64,000 nt of DNA from Myxococcota bacterium. Its GTDB lineage: Bacteria; Myxococcota_C; UBA6777. The notes beneath the pieces are model-generated. The model ran no database searches. It was not told where the DNA came from and was given only the letters and a program-made list of their open reading frames with translations. Made by a program: the position numbers and the translations under genes. The stretch is from assembly GCA_023150835.1 (NCBI GenBank), contig JAKLKB010000011.1, forward strand, positions 1 to 64,000, in the 5' to 3' direction. Below are positions 1 to 10,830 of this stretch, piece by piece. Within the stretch, counting starts at the first letter, position 1; each line of letters opens with the position of its first letter.

Positions 1-1
1 G

Positions 2-649
2 GGTATTCGTGGGAAGGGAGGGAGTTGTGGAGGAGGTGGGGGGTCGCGAAAGCGGCGGTGTGTGTGGTGGGATGGGTGTATGTGGAAGCGTCCGTGCTGT
101 GGGCGGGATGGGAGAGACAGAAGGGGGGCGAGCAATCGGCGAAGAATGGAAAGGATGAGGATGTTCGCGAGGTCTGGGTGGGGTGGGTGTTGCGTGCGTG
201 GGGAGGGCGGGGCGGGCGTCGAGGATGAATTCGATCACTTGGCCAAATCGGAGGAGGTTGCGTTTTTGAAGTTGAGATACGGGGATGTCGATTTGACCGA
301 TCAGTTCGATGCGATGGACATCTTTGTCGTAGAGAGCGATGCGAAGAGTGTGGTGCTTGAGCAGGGCAAAGATCTGTTTTTGTTGCCAGTGGGGGCGAAG
401 TGTATTGCGTTGGACTTTGGTTTCGAGGCGTTGGTTGTTGGCTTCGATGACAACGAAGACATCGGGCAGAGCGCTTTCTCCGAAGCCGAGATCCCATGCG
501 TGGGCATTGGCTTTGTGAGGGAGGATGCGTGCGCGTCGAGGGGCGATCTCCAAGAGGACGGGCTGAGGGGAAGCATGGGCGGGGTGCGGAAACAGGATAG
601 AAAGCAGCCAGAGGATGGGAAAGATCAAGCTCTTGGAGAGGATGGGCAT
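2..649 (-). CDS. Secreted C2-domain protein (3'-partial, runs off the window edge)
   Basis: Hand translation from ATG 649 (GGAG upstream): MPILSKSLIFPILWLLSILFPHPAHA signal peptide, then PDVFVVIE...ETKVQRNTLRPHW...LRIALYDKD...LIGQIDIPV, a C2-domain pattern. No stop before position 1, so it is absent from the ORF track. Confidence 0.7.
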   Translation of the reverse strand, partial: MPILSKSLIFPILWLLSILFPHPAHASPQPVLLEIAPRRARILPHKANAHAWDLGFGESALPDVFVVIEANNQRLETKVQRNTLRPHWQQKQIFALLKHHTLRIALYDKDVHRIELIGQIDIPVSQLQKRNLLRFGQVIEFILDARPALPTHATPTPPRPREHPHPFHSSPIARPPSVSPIPPTARTLPHTPIPPHTPPLSRPPTSSTTPSLPTNT

Positions 650-873
650 TGGGGGACTCCTGTGGGTCGATCGCGGGCGAGAAAAGCAGCAGGCAAGGCA
701 ACGTACCACCGCGATGCGAACGGAGCAAGGCAACATAGAGGCAGTTTTTGGGGGGATAGCTGTTGTGGCGTTTGGTGAAGCGGTATTCTCGGTGGTCTGG
801 GGATGAAAGGGAGGGGGCGTTGTGTTTGTTATGTGGTGTGTATAGAGAGAAGCGACCTGTTGTGTTGGATGGG

Positions 874-930
874 TGGGGTACCATCCCAAGCCCCGCAAGG
901 GAGTCGGACTTCCTTGACCCCGTGTTGACG
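874..930. repeat. Dispersed REP-like repeat, family A (CCTTGACCCCGT core)
   Basis: Core ccttgaccccgtgttgacg matches copies near 3690, 17850, 25885 and 44825. Confidence 0.55.
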
Positions 931-944
931 GAACTGTAGAGGAT

Positions 945-3341
945 GTGCGCGATATGGATGAGCGGCAAAAAGACAAAGGAAGGCTCCATCGAGCGCGTTG
1001 GGTCGCGCTGTGGAGTTTTTTGGGGATGGTGGGCGCGGGGGTGATATGGGAAGTGACAGAGCGCCGCTTAGAGGCTTGGTTGTCGCAAGCGATGGATGCG
1101 GATATTCGGGATCTTTCATCGTTGTGGAAACAGCGCCCTGTGGGGACGCAGCGATTGGATGAGGTACTTCGGGCAAAGTTTTTGAGTGCAAAGCAACCCG
1201 ACCGACTGCGGATCGCGTGGTTATTGGGGCGCAGCGGGCATTTGGAGCAGGCGTGGTTTGAGAGCTATCTTCGGCACAAAGATTGGCGCGTGCGGGAAGC
1301 GGCGGTGTTTGCGTTGGGGCGATCCGTTGAAAAAGAAGCGATCACAAGAGGAGGCGAGGAGAAGGCTGGATCGACGGGGCGATCTGTTGAAAAGTCCGAA
1401 GTGACGGGTCAGATAGCGATGGAGATGCGTTGGTTGGGGGAGGCATTGCAAGATGAGAAGGCGTTTGTGCGTTATCGTGCGGTGCAAGGGCTGCGTCGTT
1501 TTGGTGCAGCGGGTCAAGCGTACCTGCCGCGCTTGTACAAAGAGTTGCAAGAAGGTGCGCCGACAGAGGCCGATCTGCACAGCCACGATCCGAACGATCC
1601 ACACGGGCATAGCGCACACGAACATCACCGCGATCCGCGAAAGCAACAAGGTTTTTTCTGCGGCAAGCCGCCTGATCCGGGGTGGGAAGTGCGGTTTGCG
1701 ATCTTGCGAGAACTGCCATTTTTGCAGGTCAAGAAGAAGCAGCAAGCGGCGTGGTATCGTTTGGGGTTGGCGGACAAAGATCCGCGTGTTCGGCAGGCTG
1801 CGGCGTGGGCATTGGGGCGGGTGGGAAAACAGGCGCATGAGGCGTTGTTTTCGGGGCTTTCGATGGGTTCGTTGCGTGAGCGCGAACACACCGCCGAATA
1901 CATATCGACCTTGCGAAGCGAAGAGCTTTTGCGCGAGATGTTGGGGCGCTTTGAGCATCCGATGGGGCCGATCTGGTATCCTGTCGCGGATCTTTTGGGG
2001 CAGTGGTTGGAACGTCACCACAAAGGCTTGAAGGCCAAGGAAGAAGCGATGTTGTCTGCGGCTTTTTGCCGTGTCTTGTCGAGCGGGGACGTAAAGAAAT
2101 CGCGGTTTGTTTTACGAGCCTTGCGCCAAGTCTCGGGGCTTGGGTTGCCGTGTGTCGTTGCGTTATTGAGGGCGAAGGGGCATGGGGGTTCGTTGGCTTT
2201 GCGGGTGGTGGGGCAGCAGTTGGCGATCAAGGCGCATTCTCGAACGATTCGAGTCGAAGATCCCGAAGTGTTGGCGTGGTTGGTGGCGGTGTGGGCGGTC
2301 TTGCCGGAGCGGGGGTTGGAGGCGTGGTGGGTGTTTGGGCAAGCGGGTCGGTTGGCGCAGGCATGGTTGCCAAAGATGTTGGCGGCGCGTGAGATCCAGT
2401 CGCGTTATCCGCACGAATGGTTGGAGGGGCTTATTCGTGTGGGGGCGGAAGTGTCGGAGATTGCGCGAGCGTGGGACGAGCTACACCAGCGTGCGGAGGC
2501 GACCGAAGCTCTACCGCAACGTCAACACGGTACGCTACGAGCCGACCTGCATCAGCGTGCGGAGGCGACTGAGGCCCGAGGTGCTGTGCGCAGCGAGCGT
2601 ATGAAGCGCTTGCGGACGGAGTGGTCACCATCACGGGCTACGGCCCCGAGTGTGCGCAGCGAGCGTATGAAGCGCTTGCGGATGTGGCGGATGTTGCAAA
2701 ACGTCCCCAGTCTTCCGCCGATTTGGGATGGTGTGCTTTCTGCGGGAGTGATGCGTGCAGGGCGCGAAGAAGACAGGGAGATCGTCGAGGTGTTTGTGCG
2801 CCATCCCATGCGCGTCACGACGCTGTGGAAGCTGTGGCAAACGTTGATCTTGTCGAAGGATCGGGCTTTGCGGATGTTGGCTGCGCGGGTGGTCGAGCGT
2901 AGCGGTGTGGCTCCGCATCCGTCTGTTCGGGAGTCTTTTCTGGAGATGTTAAGGGGTACACCAGACGAACAGCGCCTTGCCTTGGGCGTGATGGTGCGTG
3001 TTCAACACGATCCGATACGGGCGACGCGCATCCTCGAAGCCGTCGAAAAAGCCTCGCCGCGTACACAGATCGCCTTCCTTCGGTCGTTATCTCGGATGAA
3101 TTCTTTGGCGGTGTGGGGGACGCTGCGTGGGCGCTTGGTGTCTTTTCTTCGGAGCTTGCTGGCGGCGCGTGATCATCACCTACGCAAGGGGGCTTTGGAA
3201 GTATTCGCAGCGTTGGGTAAAGAGGCTTATGCGCTACGGACCGATATACGGGGTGTTTTGCGCGATCCCTCACCTGCGGTACGCCAAGCCGCCTTGGCTG
3301 CGCTCAAAGCGATGGGGGCTTCGACTTCGAGCGTCCGATAG
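945..3341 (+). CDS. Membrane-anchored HEAT/PBS-lyase repeat protein
   Basis: N-terminal TM; repeats DWRVREAAVFALG, DPRVRQAAAWALG, DPSPAVRQAALAAL; His-rich insert. Start is GTG 945 or ATG 954. Confidence 0.8.
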   Translation: MRDMDERQKDKGRLHRARWVALWSFLGMVGAGVIWEVTERRLEAWLSQAMDADIRDLSSLWKQRPVGTQRLDEVLRAKFLSAKQPDRLRIAWLLGRSGHLEQAWFESYLRHKDWRVREAAVFALGRSVEKEAITRGGEEKAGSTGRSVEKSEVTGQIAMEMRWLGEALQDEKAFVRYRAVQGLRRFGAAGQAYLPRLYKELQEGAPTEADLHSHDPNDPHGHSAHEHHRDPRKQQGFFCGKPPDPGWEVRFAILRELPFLQVKKKQQAAWYRLGLADKDPRVRQAAAWALGRVGKQAHEALFSGLSMGSLREREHTAEYISTLRSEELLREMLGRFEHPMGPIWYPVADLLGQWLERHHKGLKAKEEAMLSAAFCRVLSSGDVKKSRFVLRALRQVSGLGLPCVVALLRAKGHGGSLALRVVGQQLAIKAHSRTIRVEDPEVLAWLVAVWAVLPERGLEAWWVFGQAGRLAQAWLPKMLAAREIQSRYPHEWLEGLIRVGAEVSEIARAWDELHQRAEATEALPQRQHGTLRADLHQRAEATEARGAVRSERMKRLRTEWSPSRATAPSVRSERMKRLRMWRMLQNVPSLPPIWDGVLSAGVMRAGREEDREIVEVFVRHPMRVTTLWKLWQTLILSKDRALRMLAARVVERSGVAPHPSVRESFLEMLRGTPDEQRLALGVMVRVQHDPIRATRILEAVEKASPRTQIAFLRSLSRMNSLAVWGTLRGRLVSFLRSLLAARDHHLRKGALEVFAALGKEAYALRTDIRGVLRDPSPAVRQAALAALKAMGASTSSVR
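2481..2682 (+). repeat. Two in-frame direct-repeat/spacer/direct-repeat units, each of 66-nt period
   Basis: About 30-nt diverged repeat at 2481 and 2547; exact 32-nt repeat tgtgcgcagcgagcgtatgaagcgcttgcgga at 2585 and 2651. Confidence 0.85.
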
Positions 3342-3350
3342 GCGTGGGCG

Positions 3351-3602
3351 TCAAGGTAAGAAGAAGAAACCTGCCGCGAGTATCGCGTAAACGCCCAAGA
3401 GCATGGCACCTTCGAGCCAGTTGCTTTCTCCATCATGGCTGATGTGGGCGACGATCATCACCGACAACAGGACGCCAGCGACTTCCATCAGACCGAAATC
3501 CAAGTTTGTCCATTCGCCTCTGGCATTCGGCCCAAACCACAGCCCTAACAAGACAAGGACTGGGGCCACAAACAAGGCGATCTGCTTGCTTGATTCAACA
3601 GC
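3351..3602 (-). pseudogene. C-terminal remnant of a Ca2+/H+ antiporter (CAX/ChaA, CaCA family)
   Basis: SSKQIALFVAPVLVL...DGESNWLEGAMLLGVY is the conserved CAX C-terminus; the 5' part is absent and replaced by a repeat cluster. Confidence 0.8.
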
Positions 3603-3685
3603 AGAGGACTTACGCAGTCGCCAAAAAAAGCCGTGTTCGGGTTCCTCCAAGCGACATAGCCGTTGTTTTGGAAAACCTGTGATCT

Positions 3686-3743
3686 TTTCGCCAATACGGG
3701 GTCAAGGGGCGACAGTCTATGGTGGACTCTGGGGTGAAACCCT
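3686..3743. repeat. Dispersed REP-like repeat, family A (reverse orientation)
   Basis: ttcgccaatacggggtcaaggggcgacagtctatgg, close to the reverse complement of the 44810-44850 copy. Confidence 0.65.
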
Positions 3744-3766
3744 ACAAAAACCATAGAACTGCGTAA

Positions 3767-4076
3767 TACGAGATCCGCCCATCGTATTACCATAACGGTG
3801 TAGGGGCAGCCCCCATAGGCGTTAGGTGAAGCGGAGGAAAGCCCCCCACCCCGCCCTCCCCCGTGAACAGGGGAGGGAGCGAAAGTCGGAAGCAGCGGGG
3901 ATGTTGTTTTTTCATGACGCACGCTGTTTGCACGAGACGCAGACGCTGCCCGTTCCAACTTCCCCCCGTTCACGGGGGGATTGAGGGGGGGAGAACAAAA
4001 GAAAAGGCGATCAAGACCGACTCTACGAGGTTTTCACCTTAACCTAACTACGATCACACATCACTCGGATATCGTC
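3767..4076 (-). mobile_element. MITE-like element (family B, reversed) carrying a nested TA-bounded insert at 3816-4046
   Basis: Ends tacgagatccgccc and tcactcggatatcgt match family B. Inner imperfect TIRs taggcgttaggtgaa / ttcaccttaaccta enclose C-run/G-run hairpins. Confidence 0.55.
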
Positions 4077-4088
4077 TAAGTTCTAGGG

Positions 4089-5429
<1,341 letters not shown>

Positions 5430-5657
5430 GAAAACCTCCTTGATGCGGGAGCGATGGCTTTGTCAAGGCCGCTGAGGAGAGGGTTGATCTGCGATCTCTT
5501 TCTGTCTGGCGTGCAAAAAACAAAAAGCGTGCCGAATCTTGGAGGGGCGATGGGATGTGTGATCTGCGGGGCATGGGGCAGCGCCCCATACGCCATGCGG
5601 CGGCGCAAATCGGATGAAAAGAAAGCAGGGGGTGTCCAGATCTTGGGCGGTGGGGTG

Positions 5658-7946
5658 TTATGCGCCGAGCAGGTAGGTGCGGAGTTTGTTTTTGAGGCCC
5701 CCCAAAAGAGAGCGGCCTTTTTGGTGTTCGTCGTAGGCTTGGCTGTGATCTTCGAGTTCTTCCAAGCGTTTTTCCATCAGAGAAGTAAAGGCTTCTAGGA
5801 TCTGCGGTCGATTTTGTACGATAGGTCGCAAGTGGTCGGAGTGGATCTCGATCACAAGGGCTTTTTCGAGAGCGCGGACAGTGCTGCTGCGTTTGGCCCC
5901 TGTGAGAAAAGAGATCTCGCCAAAGACGGCTCCTTTGGGGAGAGAGGCGATGTGTGCATCGTGTCCGTCCTTTTGGCGAACGAGGACTTCGAGTACACCT
6001 TCGGAGAGGATAAACAGCGAAGATCCCGGCTGTCCTTGGATGGTGATCCGTTCCATCGGGCCGAGTTCGATCAAGCGGGCTTTGGACGCCAAGGTTTCGC
6101 GTTCTTCGTGTGACAATGCCTCAAAAAGCCCCAGATGATGAAGGCTTTCGGCGATCTGTTCGTGTGATTCGCGGTATTCTTCAGGGAGTGGGCGCAAAGC
6201 CTCTAGTTCGGGGGCATAACCATCACGGCGTTGGAGCAAGGAAACAAGGCCGCTTTGTTGGTTCATGTGGGCGCGAAGAAGACTGATCTCCGAAGGGACA
6301 CATTCGTTTCCAGCGTAGTCCATCAATCCGCGTTCTTTGGCCCATTGAGCGACTTCGTTCATGGAGTCTCGGTATTGGTTGCAAGCAGAGGCGTAGAGTC
6401 CGTCTTGGTCCCCAAACAAGCCGCTGATGGAAGAGGGGATGCTTTTGAGCAAAACAAGGTCGAGTTTGCCTTTTTGGTGCCACATCACAAACTCGCGGAC
6501 TTTGGCGGAGAGTCCGTTGAGTTCGGGAAAGGCATCAAGGCTCTTGCGCAACACGGCACGTTCGGCGTCGCGAAAGACTCGATGCCAAGTTTCTTGGGCG
6601 TTGTGTGGGTTGGGACCAGCCATCTCGATCGCCCATTTGAGGTCCTCGTGGTGGGCTTTGAGGAAGCCGAGCGTCGCTTTTTTCTTGGCGAGAAGGTGCG
6701 TGATCTTGACGGGTAGTTCGTCAGGAGCGGCGTTTTTGGCAAAGCTGATCTTGCGCAGGTTCCAGACTTCTTTCCACGCTTTGGGGTGGATGGCTTTTCG
6801 GATCTTCTCGAAGTGTGGACTTTGTTCAAAGACGCAGCGTTCTGTTGGGGAAAGCATATCGCCAAGTTCGTCTTTGACGGCTTCAAAGATGCCCAAGCAG
6901 GTCAGAAACTCAAGATAAAGACCGACACGAAGGAGCCATTTAGGTTCTGTGAGATGCCGCTTTTTTTGGACGATATCTTGATACAATGCCTTCATATACA
7001 AGTCGGCTTTTTCTGTTCCGATGGAGAGAACAGGATACCAAGGATGGTATGTGTGATCGATGGCCGAGATGCCGGATTCTTGGGCTTGTCGGACAGTATC
7101 GGGTTGGATGATTTTTTCGAGGACGCGTTGATAGAGGCTGCCAAAGCGTCGTGCATCGAAGATATCCGTATCAAAAGAGGCTTCGGAGATTGGGAGATCT
7201 TGTTGGTGGAGAGTGAGGCTGATGCGAGCGCGTTGGTGGAAAAGGTGGCCAAATGTGAAGGGATCGTCGTGGTCTGTGGCGTACTGCGTGACGGTCGGAG
7301 CCAGTTCGTCCCACGACCAAGGCGTCAGGCTCGGTGTTTTTCCATCAGGGACCGCGAGTTCGTTGGGAAGGGTGGTGTCGTTGGGAAGGGTGGTGTTGTT
7401 GGAGAGAACGGCAGCGTCGGGAAGGAAGGTGTTGTTGGGGTGAAGAGCAAGGACAAGGCTCTGTGGACTCCATGCTTCGGGGGAGATGCGTGTGAGCGTG
7501 AACTCGCCGTGTTCTTGGGGTGCAAAACGTGCGGCATGGACGGGGACTTGGGTTTGATAAGGGAGGGGATAGACTTTTTGGGGATGGAGTGGATCGCAAA
7601 AACCAACGGAGAGGCGGAGCGTATAGTCGTTTGGGTGGGCCTTGAGTCGCTCTTGTGGGTCTTGGATTTGATAGAGCAAGTACAGCGTGTTGTTTGCCGC
7701 TTCTTCGAGAGGAACGAGCAACCCGACGTGTTCGCTCGAACCATAGCCTGCGTAGCGGATCTCGTCAAAGGGGCGGCGCCCTCGGACAAAAGGGATGATC
7801 CGCAGCAAAGGCAGTTTTGATGTCGCGTCTTTTTGAAGAGAAGACAAAAAATGCTCGATGATGCGGAGTTTTTCTTGTTCGGTTATGCCTTCGACGGAAG
7901 ACGACAGGAGAGCGCGCAAGTTGGAAAAGAAGTCTGTTCGGTTCAT
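5658..7946 (-). CDS. Large unknown N-terminal domain plus C-terminal cyclic-nucleotide-binding domain
   Basis: QGQPGSSLFILSEGVLEV...GAVFGEISFLTGAKRSSTVRA is a cNMP-binding motif. ATG 7946 is preceded by GAGG. Confidence 0.8.
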   Translation of the reverse strand: MNRTDFFSNLRALLSSSVEGITEQEKLRIIEHFLSSLQKDATSKLPLLRIIPFVRGRRPFDEIRYAGYGSSEHVGLLVPLEEAANNTLYLLYQIQDPQERLKAHPNDYTLRLSVGFCDPLHPQKVYPLPYQTQVPVHAARFAPQEHGEFTLTRISPEAWSPQSLVLALHPNNTFLPDAAVLSNNTTLPNDTTLPNELAVPDGKTPSLTPWSWDELAPTVTQYATDHDDPFTFGHLFHQRARISLTLHQQDLPISEASFDTDIFDARRFGSLYQRVLEKIIQPDTVRQAQESGISAIDHTYHPWYPVLSIGTEKADLYMKALYQDIVQKKRHLTEPKWLLRVGLYLEFLTCLGIFEAVKDELGDMLSPTERCVFEQSPHFEKIRKAIHPKAWKEVWNLRKISFAKNAAPDELPVKITHLLAKKKATLGFLKAHHEDLKWAIEMAGPNPHNAQETWHRVFRDAERAVLRKSLDAFPELNGLSAKVREFVMWHQKGKLDLVLLKSIPSSISGLFGDQDGLYASACNQYRDSMNEVAQWAKERGLMDYAGNECVPSEISLLRAHMNQQSGLVSLLQRRDGYAPELEALRPLPEEYRESHEQIAESLHHLGLFEALSHEERETLASKARLIELGPMERITIQGQPGSSLFILSEGVLEVLVRQKDGHDAHIASLPKGAVFGEISFLTGAKRSSTVRALEKALVIEIHSDHLRPIVQNRPQILEAFTSLMEKRLEELEDHSQAYDEHQKGRSLLGGLKNKLRTYLLGA

Positions 7947-8060
7947 TGGAGGGCCTCGATCTGTGAGTGCCGGGTTGACGCAAGGGAATGCAGGGCCATG
8001 ATACTTTTCCGCACCGCCTTGGAGCAAGAGGAGGCGGTCTTAATCGATGGAGCGTTAGCG

Positions 8061-9200
8061 ATGGAAGATTCGGCGAGGTTTGGAGCGGTGGGGGAAGACA
8101 TGGGGATCTTTTCGGTGTCACCGTTGTTTGCGCAGATCATGTCTTGGGGGCTGCCTGTGTATCGGCGTTTGGCTTTGGACGAGAGGGCGTTGTCGTATCC
8201 GATCGCGGGTCGTGAATGGAAGGTGGCTTTGCCGATCACCTTCACTCCGTTTGCTTCGGTGCAGCCGTGTTCTGCGCGCTGCGTCTTTTGCTCAGAGACG
8301 TTGATCCACAAAGAGGCTGTGCAGCTTTCCGCGAGTCTTCGTCCGGGCGCGGATTATTTTGAGCGGCTGCGTGAGGTGTTGTTGGATCTGCGCGGCCTTC
8401 CGTTGTGCTTTTCGCTTTCTGGGCTTGAGGCAACGGATCAAGCTTCGTGGTTGGAGGCGTTGTTGGGTGTGCTTCAAGAGCATCAAGATGGCGGTGGTGT
8501 GGTCGAAGACAAGGTTTTGTATAGCAACGCGGCGGGATTGGCGCGAGAAACGACGGGAGCGCGGCTGTTGTCGATCCTTCGGTCGTTTGCGTTCACGAGA
8601 ATAGAGATATCTCGGCACCATCATGAAGAAGACCAGAACGACGCGATCATGCGCTTTCGTCGAGGGCAGCCGATCCGCCATCAGGCTGTGTTCGAGCGAA
8701 CCGTACAAGATCTACTCGCAGCGGAGATCCCCGTTCGTCTTGTGTGCGTGTTGCAGTCGGGTGGTGTGGCTTGTGCGCGGGATGTGTGGGCGTATCTTGC
8801 TTGGGCGGTATCTTGTGGCGCAAAGGATGTGGTATTTCGCGAGTTTTCTCGGCTTCACGATATCTACCAAGAGAATCAAACGTCTCGGAATATCGAGGAC
8901 CGTCGAGTCTCTTTAGAGGTGTTGTTGCAAGAGATCTTTTTGTCTCCTTTACCGACAGGGTTTGCTTGGACAAGCTTGACGGTCGGTTATTATTTCTGGA
9001 ATATCGAGATGATGGCTTCCGAAGGAGTACGGATCACTTTTGAGACTTCTGATTACAAAGCCATGAAAGAGCGCCATCGTTCCGAGGTGTTGTACAAGCT
9101 GGTGTACCATGCCAACGGGAATCTTTGTGGAGATTGGGATCCGTTTGGTTCGATCGTCTGGTTCTCACCAAGACGGGATGAGCAAGCCAGATGGCCTTGA
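8061..9200 (+). CDS. Radical SAM protein of unknown specificity
   Basis: CxxxCxxC motif (CSARCVFC), SGLE/YSNA-type strand motifs. Start uncertain (7998, 8061 or 8100); GGAG precedes 8061. Confidence 0.75.
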   Translation: MEDSARFGAVGEDMGIFSVSPLFAQIMSWGLPVYRRLALDERALSYPIAGREWKVALPITFTPFASVQPCSARCVFCSETLIHKEAVQLSASLRPGADYFERLREVLLDLRGLPLCFSLSGLEATDQASWLEALLGVLQEHQDGGGVVEDKVLYSNAAGLARETTGARLLSILRSFAFTRIEISRHHHEEDQNDAIMRFRRGQPIRHQAVFERTVQDLLAAEIPVRLVCVLQSGGVACARDVWAYLAWAVSCGAKDVVFREFSRLHDIYQENQTSRNIEDRRVSLEVLLQEIFLSPLPTGFAWTSLTVGYYFWNIEMMASEGVRITFETSDYKAMKERHRSEVLYKLVYHANGNLCGDWDPFGSIVWFSPRRDEQARWP

Positions 9201-9405
9201 TGGCCTTTGTTGTACAACCTGTGTATTCTGTTCTTGTTTTTGCGGGGATGCTCTGTTAATTTCGCATGAGCGTCTGCTTCGTTGTGTCCCATCGCGGTGG
9301 CCAATTGAGCGAGTGATAGACAGAATGCTGAAACATCCGACATCTTCAACGATTGATCTATCCTCTTTCCAATCGACCAACGCGATCAACTTAGGGAGTA
9401 TCGTC

Positions 9406-10701
9406 ATGCTAACCCGAGTTCATGTTTTGTTTGTGTGCCTTTTGGGATGGAGGAACTGTTTGCTTTCCTTGTTTTTTGGGGTGGCTGCGAAGCACAAGAA
9501 AGGTTTGTGGGCTGCGCTTGTCGGCTTGCTTTTTGGAGCGACGTGGGGGTGCCATCAAAAGGAGCAACCCTTTTCTTTTGCGCTGCCAAAAAGAGCCCCC
9601 GAACTCCCTGCGTCATCGGAAATTCGTCGTTGGCCAGGGTTCCCACTGCACAACGCCATTCTCAGCGCTTCGAGCCTTGCGACGATCGAAGCCCTCTTGA
9701 ACAAACAGCCCCAAGAATTGGACCGTAGAGATCCCGACGGAAACACCCCTTTGGGCTTGAGTCTACAGCACCGACGTCGTGCGGCAGCTACTTTTTTGAT
9801 AGCGCGAGGCGCTGTGTTAGGTTCTTCTTCTTGCGTGATTCGCTACACCCGTACAGACGGCGTTCGATGGCTTCCTGCTGTTGCTTCAGCGGACAGATCC
9901 TCGTCCTCGGTTCGTGGTACTTCGAATGCTTCGAAGTTAAATTCTTACGAGGTTTCGCCGTTGGAGCCTTACGACGAAAGCTTTCATACCGCACGAAAAG
10001 GCGATGCACCTGTGTTAGAACGCGGCAAGCCCAAGATCACGATCATTGGTTTTTTTGATTTTGAGCAGCCAACCTCGTTGAAAGCGGTAAAAATACTCAA
10101 AGAACTGTTTCGTCGTTATAGGGATGGAGAATTGCGCTTGGTGTTCAAGCACGCCCCTGCCGCCAATTCTCCAAGCGCCTACCTCGCTGCTCAGGCCTCG
10201 ATGGCTGCGCATGAGCAGGGAAAATTTTGGCCATACAGCGATCTCTTGTTTGCAAATCCTCGGAAACTTCGGATGGTTGATCTTGTGCGCTACGCCAACC
10301 GACTAAAGCTTGACGTAAAGCGCTTCAAAAGAAGTTTGTTGAGTGGAAAATTCAAGTCGCATATCGACAGCGATTTTCGTCTGTCTGCGGAGGTTGGGGT
10401 TTCGATGTACAGCCCACCGATCTTTATGAACGGGCATCGGATCGCCAGTTATGCCGTCCAGTACATCGATCTGATCTCTCGAATAGATGGTATTTTACGT
10501 GAACAGCGGAGATGGAAGCCTTATCAATCCCCCGCTATGTGGGCGACGATTTCTTCGCGTTCCAAGTGGTTCGTTGAGCCGCGACATCATCGTGCGGGTT
10601 CGACGTATCAGGGTTATCGAGGCACGGGTTATGGTGGAGGAAGCTATCGCGGTTCTGGTTCGAGCTACAGAACGTACCGAGTGATACGCTACCGACGTTA
10701 G
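9406..10701 (+). CDS. Ankyrin-repeat plus DsbA/thioredoxin-like protein lacking CxxC
   Basis: PLHNA and DGNTPLGLS ankyrin motifs; ITIIGFFDFEQPTS...LRLVFKH...AAQASMAAHEQGKFWPY DsbA-like domain; AGGGAG RBS. Confidence 0.7.
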   Translation: MLTRVHVLFVCLLGWRNCLLSLFFGVAAKHKKGLWAALVGLLFGATWGCHQKEQPFSFALPKRAPELPASSEIRRWPGFPLHNAILSASSLATIEALLNKQPQELDRRDPDGNTPLGLSLQHRRRAAATFLIARGAVLGSSSCVIRYTRTDGVRWLPAVASADRSSSSVRGTSNASKLNSYEVSPLEPYDESFHTARKGDAPVLERGKPKITIIGFFDFEQPTSLKAVKILKELFRRYRDGELRLVFKHAPAANSPSAYLAAQASMAAHEQGKFWPYSDLLFANPRKLRMVDLVRYANRLKLDVKRFKRSLLSGKFKSHIDSDFRLSAEVGVSMYSPPIFMNGHRIASYAVQYIDLISRIDGILREQRRWKPYQSPAMWATISSRSKWFVEPRHHRAGSTYQGYRGTGYGGGSYRGSGSSYRTYRVIRYRR

Positions 10702-10792
10702 CGACGCCGTATTGCCTGTGCGGTGTGCGAAAAGCAGCGCGACAAAACGCTTGAGGGGGGGAAGTTTAGAAAGCAGAGTATGGAAACAAACG

Positions 10793-10826
10793 AAAAAAGC
10801 CGATCAATTGAGATTGATCGGCTTTC
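10793..10826 (-). terminator. Intrinsic terminator downstream of tRNA-Tyr
   Basis: Stem aaagccgatcaat / attgatcggcttt followed by a T6 tract on the minus strand. Confidence 0.8.
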
Positions 10827-10830
10827 GATT

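Noticed and set aside
62..778. 238-aa plus-strand ORF
   Set aside because: Antisense shadow of the minus-strand C2-domain gene.
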